From contig JBMFRX010000003.1 in assembly GCA_049967855.1 (NCBI GenBank), forward strand, positions 35,259 to 99,258: DNA of 64,000 bases, given 5' to 3'. The DNA is from Caldisericaceae bacterium. Lineage in GTDB: Bacteria; Caldisericota; Caldisericia; Caldisericales; Caldisericaceae. Both the position numbers and the translations under genes were made by a program. How positions within the stretch are numbered: position 1 is the first letter of the stretch; each line of letters opens with the position of its first letter. The notes beneath the pieces were generated by a model, which did no database searches, was not told the origin of the DNA, and saw only the letters and a list, made by a program, of their open reading frames with translations. Of the stretch, positions 57,191-64,000 are shown one piece after another.

Positions 57191-58625
57191 TTTGCACCGA
57201 AATGCTCCTCAAAAGCTCTTCATTTGAGTGAGTTTGCTCTAACATCTCTATGAGTCTTTCGAGTGCTTCCTGAGGTTCGAGCTCGCCAATAAATTTCCTC
57301 AGCGCCCATATCTTACGGTACTCTTCAGCAGTATAAAGCAATTCTTCCTTTCTTGTTCCTGATTTCTTAATATCAACTGCTGGGAAAATTCTCTGCTCAG
57401 CAAGCTCTCTATCAAGAATTATTTCCATATTTCCAGTTCCTTTGAACTCTTCATAGATAACCTGGTCAAGACGTGATCCTGTATCAATCAATGCGGTTGC
57501 AAGTATCGTAAGACTGCCGCCGTTCGTTATACTACGTGCCGCGCCAAGAAACTTCTTTGGACCTTTTATTGCAGCTGGGTCAAGTCCACCCGAAAGAGTT
57601 TTGCCCGTCGAAGAACTCAAAAGGTTATAAGCTCTCGTTAGCCTTGTTATACCGTCAAGCAAAATCATTACATCTTTTCCAACTTCAACAAGCCTCTTAG
57701 CCTTTTCAATTGCAAGTTCGACTACTCTAATGTGATTTTCAGGTGGTTGGTCAAATGTTGAGCTAATGACCTCTGCAGCAACCGAATTTTTCATATCAGT
57801 TACTTCTTCAGGTCTTTCGTCGATAAGCAGAATCATCAGATTTATTTCTGGAGAATTCTTAGCTACACTCTTGGCAATTTCCTTCATAAGCGTAGTTTTT
57901 CCTGCTTTAGGAGCCGATACAATAAGCCCTCTTTGACCCTTACCCAGAGGCGCAATCAAATCAAGAACTCTCAAAGCAATATTGCATCCTGGGGTCTCAA
58001 GAACGATCCTCTTAGTAGGATAATAAGGCGTAAGGCTCTCGAAATTATTCCTTTTAAAGAACCCGTTCACTTTTATACCGTCAATTGATACAACGCTAAC
58101 CAAGGAAGGATATTTCTCTCCTTCTCTCTGGGGCTTGTGGACTACTCCAACAACTGTATCACCAGTTTTTAAACCATATCTTCGAATTAATGGCGGTGAA
58201 ACATAAACATCAGAAAAAGTCGGGAAGTAATTTGACCTCAAGAAGCCGTATCCATCAGGGTGGAGCTCAAACAATCCTTTTGTTACATTTGTCTCTGCAG
58301 GTCTTGCTGGCTCTCGCTCGCGCTCGCTTTCATATCTCCTTTCTGTAAAATGTCTCTCCTTAACTGGCTCTTCCTCAACTGGTGCTTGAACAATAATATC
58401 TTCTTTGGGTTTTTCTTGTATTAAGATTTGTTCAGGCTCTTCCGCTACCTTTTCATTGCGAATCACTGACCTTGCACTACTGAGTATCTCCGCAATGAGC
58501 TCATCCTTCTTAAAGTGGGTGTAATTTCTAACTTTCAGAGCCTGTGCTATCTTATAAAGCTCACGGGCTGTTTTGGCTTGAAGAACCTCTTCGTTCAAGT
58601 CTCTAAATTCATCATAATCATTCAT
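57180..58625 (-). CDS. rho: Transcription termination factor Rho
   Basis: [53 protein letters not shown]; charged N-terminal insertion. Confidence 0.97.
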   Translation of the reverse strand: MNDYDEFRDLNEEVLQAKTARELYKIAQALKVRNYTHFKKDELIAEILSSARSVIRNEKVAEEPEQILIQEKPKEDIIVQAPVEEEPVKERHFTERRYESEREREPARPAETNVTKGLFELHPDGYGFLRSNYFPTFSDVYVSPPLIRRYGLKTGDTVVGVVHKPQREGEKYPSLVSVVSIDGIKVNGFFKRNNFESLTPYYPTKRIVLETPGCNIALRVLDLIAPLGKGQRGLIVSAPKAGKTTLMKEIAKSVAKNSPEINLMILLIDERPEEVTDMKNSVAAEVISSTFDQPPENHIRVVELAIEKAKRLVEVGKDVMILLDGITRLTRAYNLLSSSTGKTLSGGLDPAAIKGPKKFLGAARSITNGGSLTILATALIDTGSRLDQVIYEEFKGTGNMEIILDRELAEQRIFPAVDIKKSGTRKEELLYTAEEYRKIWALRKFIGELEPQEALERLIEMLEQTHSNEELLRSISVQNDR

Positions 58626-58648
58626 TAAATAAACCTCCTGGTTTTTCC

Positions 58649-59275
58649 TTAGAAAAGTTTTTTCTCGCTTGCTTCTCTAACTTTGCGAAGCAAACCAAGA
58701 AACCTCTCAAAAATATCTTTAGACTCATTTGCAATATTCTTAACAAATGCTTCATCGTTGATTGAGTTTAAATTTATCTTAATATTATAAAGAGCCCCAC
58801 TTGCAGCAGCCTCCAAAAGACACAAAGATTCAAGCAGGTCGCTCAAAGTACTATCTGAAGAATTTTCAAGAATGGATTCTACAGTATCATAGGTTTCGCT
58901 CACTTTCCTCAAAATCCTGAACGGAGACATAGTTGCGCCCTTCAGCGCATCCTGTATCATTGCTGTCCTTTTTTTCTTTTCATCTTCAGTTGCTTTTGGC
59001 AATTTATAAGCTTCCATTACTTTATCGAAAGCAACATTGTCATTGTTGGCAAGCTCAAGCAAATCATTGCTTTTGCTCTTTAATTCCTCCACTCTATTAA
59101 GGATGGATGTTTTTCTTTCCTGGACCTTCAACTTTTTGGCATAAACCCCAAGGACCATTGCAAGCAGAGATATGCCCATTGCTCCACTAATTGCAGAGGC
59201 AGTTCCACCTCCAGGAGTTGGGGAGTCAGATGCAAGTTCAGAAAGAAAAGACTTTAATTCTTGGTCATAAGACAT
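58649..59275 (-). CDS. Cyclodeaminase/cyclohydrolase family protein (FTCD_C)
   Basis: LASDSPTPGGG, AF..VMEAYKLPK, YNIKINL. Confidence 0.9.
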   Translation of the reverse strand: MSYDQELKSFLSELASDSPTPGGGTASAISGAMGISLLAMVLGVYAKKLKVQERKTSILNRVEELKSKSNDLLELANNDNVAFDKVMEAYKLPKATEDEKKKRTAMIQDALKGATMSPFRILRKVSETYDTVESILENSSDSTLSDLLESLCLLEAAASGALYNIKINLNSINDEAFVKNIANESKDIFERFLGLLRKVREASEKKLF

Positions 59276-59429
59276 AAGTCACCTCACCTAATATTACAAT
59301 AAACCATCAAAACAATATCATATATTTTTCTGAGGGCAAATATATTATATGATTTTTCAAATAATTTTCAAGCATCTGCCGACTTTGAAACAACTTCCTC
59401 AATCAAAAAATGGTTATGGATTCTGCAAG

Positions 59430-60065
59430 TCAAGGGATAGATTTTTCACTTCTCAAGGTATGAACGATTCTTATACTATTGGACCTATCAATACTTTCTG
59501 AAACAACCTTAAGATTATTCAGAGAAATTAATGAGTCAAGGCCGTTGCTTTTTCTGAAATCAAGGTATCCCTTAAAGTGGTTAAACCCCGCAATGAATTC
59601 TATCAGTAAAACACTTAACGTTGAATAAAAAGAGTTTTGAGGAACAAAGTAGTCAGCAAGGATAACGCTTTTAGATATTCTTATCGCCTCTTTCAAAACA
59701 GCTTGCCTCTCGCCGTGTGGCATCTCATGCAGAGACATTGAGAAAATCGCATAATCAAACTCCAAATCATTAACGCTGGCCAAATATTCCAAACCTCCGT
59801 GTACAAAAGAAACATTTCGTAATTGCTCCATAGAGCTTCTTGTGTTTGCAAAATCAATCATCTTAGAGGATGCATCCAGCCCGACAACCTTGGAGCACTT
59901 TGACGCAAGCTCAAAAACAAGGCTCCCTGTGCCACATCCAATATCAATAACACTGGTTGAAGCTAAAACTAAGTTGCCTATAGTGTTTCTCACGCTTTGC
60001 AAATTAGGGTCCACAAATTTCCTGTAGAAGAACCCATCGTAGTAATGAATCTTATCGGTTACCAT
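59430..60065 (-). CDS. Class I SAM-dependent methyltransferase
   Basis: VIDIGCGTG, GLDAS, FDYA, SLHEM. Confidence 0.88.
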   Translation of the reverse strand: MVTDKIHYYDGFFYRKFVDPNLQSVRNTIGNLVLASTSVIDIGCGTGSLVFELASKCSKVVGLDASSKMIDFANTRSSMEQLRNVSFVHGGLEYLASVNDLEFDYAIFSMSLHEMPHGERQAVLKEAIRISKSVILADYFVPQNSFYSTLSVLLIEFIAGFNHFKGYLDFRKSNGLDSLISLNNLKVVSESIDRSNSIRIVHTLRSEKSIP

Positions 60066-60072
60066 ATGCTAT

Positions 60073-60101
60073 ATGATAGTAAATACAAGAAATAAAGTCA
60101 A
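60073..60101 (-). promoter_or_regulatory. Sigma70 promoter TTGACT-N17-TATCAT of the methyltransferase gene
   Basis: -35 at 60096-60101, -10 at 60073-60078, ATG 7 nt downstream, no SD. Confidence 0.65.
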
Positions 60102-60129
60102 GCTTTATTGACAACTAAATTAGAAAAGC

Positions 60130-60153
60130 AAAAAAGGCAGCACAAGGCTGCCC
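60130..60153 (-). terminator. Intrinsic terminator after rplL
   Basis: Minus strand GGCAGC-CTTGT-GCTGCC-TTTTTT. Confidence 0.85.
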
Positions 60154-60175
60154 TAAAAACAATCGTAAACAGACT

Positions 60176-60559
60176 TTACTTCATTTCGACTTTTGCGCCA
60201 GCTTCCTCGAGCTTCTTCTTTAGGTCTTCTGCATCTTTCTTCGCAAGTGATTCTTTAATCTTTTGCGGTTCTTTCTCTGCAGCTTCAACTAGGTCTTTAG
60301 ACTCTTTAAGCCCAAGTCCAAGCGTTTCTCTAACAACCTTAATCACATTAATTTTCTTTGCAGCTTCAAAACCAGTAACTACGACATCAAATTCAGTTTT
60401 CTCTTCTGCTGGAGCTGCTGCTTGAGCAGCCTGAGCAGGCATTGCTCCCATTGGAACAGCAGCAGTTACGCCAAATTTGTCTTCCAAAGCCTTAACAAGC
60501 TCTGAAAGTTCGAGAACGCTCATTTTCTCAATTGCTTCAATAATTTCTTCTTTAGTCAT
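60176..60559 (-). CDS. rplL: 50S ribosomal protein L7/L12
   Basis: [34 protein letters not shown]. Confidence 0.98.
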   Translation of the reverse strand: MTKEEIIEAIEKMSVLELSELVKALEDKFGVTAAVPMGAMPAQAAQAAAPAEEKTEFDVVVTGFEAAKKINVIKVVRETLGLGLKESKDLVEAAEKEPQKIKESLAKKDAEDLKKKLEEAGAKVEMK

Positions 60560-60575
60560 TTTAGCCTCCTAAAAT

Positions 60576-61118
60576 TTATGCAGCACCCAGCTGCTCTTTA
60601 TTTTCTTTTACTTGATTCAACACCGTAACTAAATCCCTCTCTGGCTTTGAAAGCACTGTAACTAACCTTGAGAGAGGCGAATTGATAAGGTAAAGTAACT
60701 TACCCACTAAAACAGGTTTTGGTGGTAGCTTTGATAATTCAACAACTTGTGCAGTATTGAGCCAGCTACCTTCAACAAAAGCGCCCTTCACTTCAAATAA
60801 AGAGGCTTCATCCTTGTCTTTTAAATCTACAAAGGTTTTTGCAAGTTCATTTGGCTCGCCCTTTGTAATTGCCAAAGCTACGTTTCCCTTGAAAACCGAT
60901 GGATCCATATCAACTTTAACATCTCTTGCAGCAATTCTGAGAAGGTCGCTCTTCACAACCCTATAAACGATTCCATTCTTTTTCAAGGTTTTCCTGAGAT
61001 TAGCAATGTCGTTGCCTTTAATTCTCTTAAAGTCCACAAAGAGAACTGAGGTACTGTCAAGCTCCTTAAGCTTTTCGCTAATCTCTTCAATCATAACCTT
61101 CTTTTCTTCTTTCTTCAT
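60576..61118 (-). CDS. rplJ: 50S ribosomal protein L10
   Basis: LRKTL, RVVKS.L, LSKLP; position between rplA and rplL. Confidence 0.93.
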   Translation of the reverse strand: MKKEEKKVMIEEISEKLKELDSTSVLFVDFKRIKGNDIANLRKTLKKNGIVYRVVKSDLLRIAARDVKVDMDPSVFKGNVALAITKGEPNELAKTFVDLKDKDEASLFEVKGAFVEGSWLNTAQVVELSKLPPKPVLVGKLLYLINSPLSRLVTVLSKPERDLVTVLNQVKENKEQLGAA

Positions 61119-61128
61119 AGAACCTCCT

Positions 61129-61240
61129 AAAAATCAATATACTCGGCAGTAACAAGCCGAGTATATCCAAATGATAATATATATCTTTGAATAACCTCGG
61201 CTGGCACTTTTAAGGGAAACCCCACCAACTGTCTACGGTT
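61129..61240 (-). promoter_or_regulatory. L10 leader with attenuator hairpin
   Basis: Minus strand ACCGTAGACAG...TTAA...GCCGAGG aptamer (61194-61239), then ATATACTCGGC-N8-GCCGAGTATAT-TGATTTTT; CTCGGC can alternatively pair with the aptamer GCCGAG. Confidence 0.85.
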
Positions 61241-61245
61241 AATAA

Positions 61246-61944
61246 CTACGCTTTCAAAAGTTCCTGAGTATTCAGTCTAACAGAAGGCGACATAGTTAAG
61301 GAAATGTATGCCTTCTTTAAATACTGCCCCTTTACGGAAGAGGGCCTTGCACTGAGAATAGACGAGTTAAGAGCTAACAAATTCTCTTTTATGGCTTCCT
61401 TCGTGAAAGAGGATTTACCAATAACAGTATGAATTACACCAGTTTTATCAACTCTAAACTCAATTTTTCCTGCCTTGAATTCCTTAACAGCAGCCGCGAT
61501 GTCCATTGTAACAGTACCTGCCTTTGGGCTTGGCATAAGCTTTCTTGGTCCAAGAATCTTAGCTACACGACCAATTAAACGCATAACATCAGGCGTTGCT
61601 ATAGCAACATCAAAATCAATGAACCCTTCTTTTTCAATCTTGTTCACGAGGTCCTCTGCACCAACAAAATCTGCTCCAGCATCCTTTGCCTCTTGAACCT
61701 TCTCGCCTGTAGCAAAAACAAGCACCCTAACACTTTTACCTGTCCCGTTCGGTAAGGTAATAACGCCCCTAACGTTTTGATCAGCTTGCTTTGGATCAAC
61801 ATTAAGCGCATAAGTAGCTTCAACAGTTTCATCAAATTTAACACTCTTTAGCTCCGAGATTTTGTCAAGAGCTTCATCAAGGGAATAAACCTTTCCCTTT
61901 TCTAACTTACTGCTCAATTCTCTGTACCTTTTACTTCTTTTCAT
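61246..61944 (-). CDS. rplA: 50S ribosomal protein L1
   Basis: [34 protein letters not shown]. Confidence 0.98.
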   Translation of the reverse strand: MKRSKRYRELSSKLEKGKVYSLDEALDKISELKSVKFDETVEATYALNVDPKQADQNVRGVITLPNGTGKSVRVLVFATGEKVQEAKDAGADFVGAEDLVNKIEKEGFIDFDVAIATPDVMRLIGRVAKILGPRKLMPSPKAGTVTMDIAAAVKEFKAGKIEFRVDKTGVIHTVIGKSSFTKEAIKENLLALNSSILSARPSSVKGQYLKKAYISLTMSPSVRLNTQELLKA

Positions 61945-61954
61945 TTTTCCTCCT

Positions 61955-61982
61955 TGTGGTAATAGACGCTATGTCTCCCACA
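61955..61982 (-). promoter_or_regulatory. L1-binding leader hairpin upstream of rplA
   Basis: Minus strand TGTGGGAGACATAGCGTCTATTACCACA directly before SD AGGAGG; GUGGGAG...ACCAC pattern of L1 sites. Confidence 0.75.
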
Positions 61983-61987
61983 AAAAA

Positions 61988-62422
61988 TTATCCTTCTATA
62001 ACGTTAACACCCATATTCTTCGCAGTACCTTCAATGATCTTGGTAGCGGCTTCAAGATCGATTGTGTTAAGGTCTGGGAGTTTTACTTTAGCTATTTCTG
62101 CAAGCTGTGAACGCTTTACAGTACCAACCTTTTTCTTGTTCGGTTCAGAAGAACCCAGCTCAATTTTCAAAACCTTCTTTATGAGCGAAGAAACTGGTGG
62201 AGTCTTTGTGATAAAAGTGAAACTTTTATCCTCATAAACAGTAATTACAACAGGAATAATATAGCCTTCCTGACCCTGTGTTGCTGCATTAAATTTCTTG
62301 CAGAAATCCATTATATTTACGCCCTTCTGCCCAAGAGCAGGTCCGACAGGCGGTGCAGGAGTGGCCTTTCCTGCCTCTATTTGCAACTTAACCAATCCTA
62401 TTACTTTCTTCTTCTTTGCCAT
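61988..62422 (-). CDS. rplK: 50S ribosomal protein L11
   Basis: [32 protein letters not shown]. Confidence 0.98.
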   Translation of the reverse strand: MAKKKKVIGLVKLQIEAGKATPAPPVGPALGQKGVNIMDFCKKFNAATQGQEGYIIPVVITVYEDKSFTFITKTPPVSSLIKKVLKIELGSSEPNKKKVGTVKRSQLAEIAKVKLPDLNTIDLEAATKIIEGTAKNMGVNVIEG

Positions 62423-62437
62423 ATTCTACTTCACCTC

Positions 62438-63007
62438 TTAAGTTTTTTGTATGTATTCGCCTTGAATTTCCACAGGCATTTCTCTTCCAAACATCTTCAG
62501 CGTAATTTTAGCTACACCTTTTTCAACATCGATCGATTCAACAGTGCCTTCCATATCTTTAAAAGGCCCCGCAAGAATTTTAACCCTGTTTCCAACAGCA
62601 AAATTGAGTTTTTCTTTTGCCTCTTCCTCAGAAATCCTATCAAGAATAGTAGAAACTTCCTCCTCGCTTAATGGAGTAGGTTTGCCAGAAGGACCGACAA
62701 AACCTAGAACGCCAGGAGTATTTCTCACGATATACCAGGTCTCATCTGTGAGAACCATCTGCACAAGCAAGTACCCAGGAAATACTTTCAAAGTCTTTAT
62801 CTTGCGTTTGTGAGTCTTCTGGTCAATTTCGCTGTAGTGGTCGACTGGAAGCTCAACTCTCAAGATTATATTTTCCAGTCCCAAGCCTCTCCGACGCTCA
62901 TCAATAGCCAAACGTACTTTATTCTCAGAGCCAGAATAGGTATGAACAAGATACCAACGAGGTTCCGAAGACTTTGTGTTCTCAAGCTGTTCGTTTTCTT
63001 CGCTCAT
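62438..63007 (-). CDS. nusG: Transcription factor NusG
   Basis: WYLVHTYSGSE, FPGYLLV, VRNTPGV, KOW GPF, MFGR. Confidence 0.97.
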   Translation of the reverse strand: MSEENEQLENTKSSEPRWYLVHTYSGSENKVRLAIDERRRGLGLENIILRVELPVDHYSEIDQKTHKRKIKTLKVFPGYLLVQMVLTDETWYIVRNTPGVLGFVGPSGKPTPLSEEEVSTILDRISEEEAKEKLNFAVGNRVKILAGPFKDMEGTVESIDVEKGVAKITLKMFGREMPVEIQGEYIQKT

Positions 63008-63008
63008 A

Positions 63009-63248
63009 TTATTTAGTTATTAACTCTACCCCTTTAGCAAAAATGAAATCCCACAAACCAATATAAGCTGCCCAGAAAACAATAAACGCAACCACGACTA
63101 TGGTATACTGAGTAAGCTCCTTTCTCGTCGGCCACTTAACTCTCTGAGTTAATTCAAACCAAACACCCTTAAGAAAGTCGACAAAAGAGCCTCGATTTGT
63201 TTTAACTACCTGTTGATGCTTCTGCACATTCTTGGCCTTATCTTTCAT
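63009..63248 (-). CDS. secE: Preprotein translocase SecE
   Basis: FLKGVWFELTQRVKWPTRKEL plus one TM; start ATG 63248 (the longer ORF runs into the tRNA). Confidence 0.9.
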   Translation of the reverse strand: MKDKAKNVQKHQQVVKTNRGSFVDFLKGVWFELTQRVKWPTRKELTQYTIVVVAFIVFWAAYIGLWDFIFAKGVELITK

Positions 63249-63254
63249 ATTATC

Positions 63255-63330
63255 TGGCAGGCCCGGAGGGAATTGAACCCCCAACCCTCGGTTTTGGAGA
63301 CCGATGCTCTACCAATTGAGCTACGAGCCT
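63255..63330 (-). tRNA. tRNA-Trp(CCA)
   Basis: AGGCTCG/CGGGCCT acceptor stem, G73, CCA; anticodon arm TCGGT-CT-CCA-AA-ACCGA; 76 nt. Confidence 0.97.
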
Positions 63331-63481
63331 ACGCCTTTACCTCCTTATGAACTGTATGTTTTCTGCAACTGTTGCAGTACTTCTTTAGTTGCAATTTCTC
63401 CTTGTTTGTTTTCTTGTTGACAGTAGTTGCATAATTCCTGTGTTTGCACTCGGTACATTCAAGCAAAATAATATCTCTCAT
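63329..63481 (-). CDS. rpmG: 50S ribosomal protein L33 (zinc-binding form)
   Basis: Hand translation [58 protein letters not shown]; below the ORF-track length cutoff. Confidence 0.96.
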   Translation of the reverse strand: MRDIILLECTECKHRNYATTVNKKTNKEKLQLKKYCNSCRKHTVHKEVKA

Positions 63482-63490
63482 TTTTCACCT

Positions 63491-64000
63491 TTATTCAATA
63501 ACCTTAGTTATTACTCCTGCTCCTACAGTTCTGCCGCCTTCACGGATAGCAAATCTCTGAGTCTCTTCAAGAGCAACTGGATAGATAAGCTCTACAGTCA
63601 TATCTACGTTATCGCCTGGCATAGCCATCTGAACACCTTCAGGAAGGGCAATGGTACCAGTTACATCAGTTGTCCTTAAGAAGAACTGAGGTTTGTAACC
63701 TGTAAGGAATGGCTTGTGACGTCCACCTTCTTCTTTTGAAAGGATGTAGACTCTTGCTACAAACTTTCTGTAGGGCTTAATGGAGCCTGGAGCTGCAAGG
63801 ACCATACCTTTTTCAACTTCTTCGTGGTCAATACCTCTCAAGAGGACTCCGATGTTGTCTCCTGCTCTACCTTCATCAAGAATCTTTCTGAACATTTCAA
63901 CACTTGTTGCAACACTCTTTTTGATTTCAAAGGAAAGTCCAACAATATCAACTGCATCACCTGTATGGACAATACCTCTTTCAACTCTTCCTGTTACAAC
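63491..64000 (-). CDS. tuf: Elongation factor Tu, C-terminal part (gene begins beyond the window)
   Basis: VVTGRVERG...[46 protein letters not shown]. Confidence 0.98.
   Translation of the reverse strand, partial: VVTGRVERGIVHTGDAVDIVGLSFEIKKSVATSVEMFRKILDEGRAGDNIGVLLRGIDHEEVEKGMVLAAPGSIKPYRKFVARVYILSKEEGGRHKPFLTGYKPQFFLRTTDVTGTIALPEGVQMAMPGDNVDMTVELIYPVALEETQRFAIREGGRTVGAGVITKVIE

Noticed and set aside
59317..59353. ATCATATA...TATATGAT inverted repeat upstream of FTCD as a ModE-type site
   Set aside because: Spacing does not fit a ModE box and the sequence is low-complexity AT.
61200..61220. TGGCAC as a sigma54 -24 element
   Set aside because: No TTGC at the -12 position; it lies antisense within the L10 leader.
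1184..63679. Many 60-230 aa ORFs antisense to or out of frame within known genes (e.g. 1447-2001, 1901-2587, 22651-23163, 27319-27873, 32665-33195)
   Set aside because: Shadow ORFs of well-supported genes, Ser/Phe/Ile-rich, with no motifs.
1..64000. CRISPR array, integrase, transposase or prophage
   Set aside because: No spaced direct repeats, terminal inverted repeats or mobile-element proteins seen by eye; nearly all DNA is explained by housekeeping genes.

Overview
AT-rich (by eye) bacterial chromosome segment of mostly minus-strand housekeeping genes. It probably comes from an anaerobe of a deep-branching lineage; a Caldisericota-like origin is an unverified impression. Contents: a partial ABC exporter, hsp20, a MoeB/ThiF gene and a SufT/DUF59 gene flanked by two internally deleted gene remnants (MoaD/ThiS-like and DUF438-like); a TPP-riboswitch thiamine ABC operon; tRNA-Ser; DUF401 and an orphan NurA; rpsB-tsf-pyrH-frr-uppS-dxr-rseP-ispG; a pncC-PPi-PFK-ATP-PFK-histidine kinase-sigma54 activator-M20 amidohydrolase operon; proS; an rpsA-fabZHDG-acpP-fabF operon; ptb; efp-asp23-nusB-acyP-ispA-dxs-tlyA-nadK-recN; an OmpR-type two-component system; MoxR-DUF58-membrane protein; a CPA antiporter; a long FTCD-rho-tdk-prfA-prmC-tsaC-def-fmt-etfBA-moeA-moeA/PBP-MFS run; and tuf-rpmG-tRNA-Trp-secE-nusG-rplKAJL with L1 and L10 leaders. 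No CRISPR array, integrase, transposase or prophage was seen, and no clearly new multi-gene system is demonstrated. Best leads: the 21-aa MoaD-like mini-ORF in front of MoeB, the DUF438 remnant under a perfect promoter with a palindromic operator, an NrtR-like palindrome at pncC, tandem PPi/ATP phosphofructokinases, a divergent Etf coupled to two moeA genes, several apparently leaderless genes, and an rpmG stop codon that overlaps the 5' end of tRNA-Trp.
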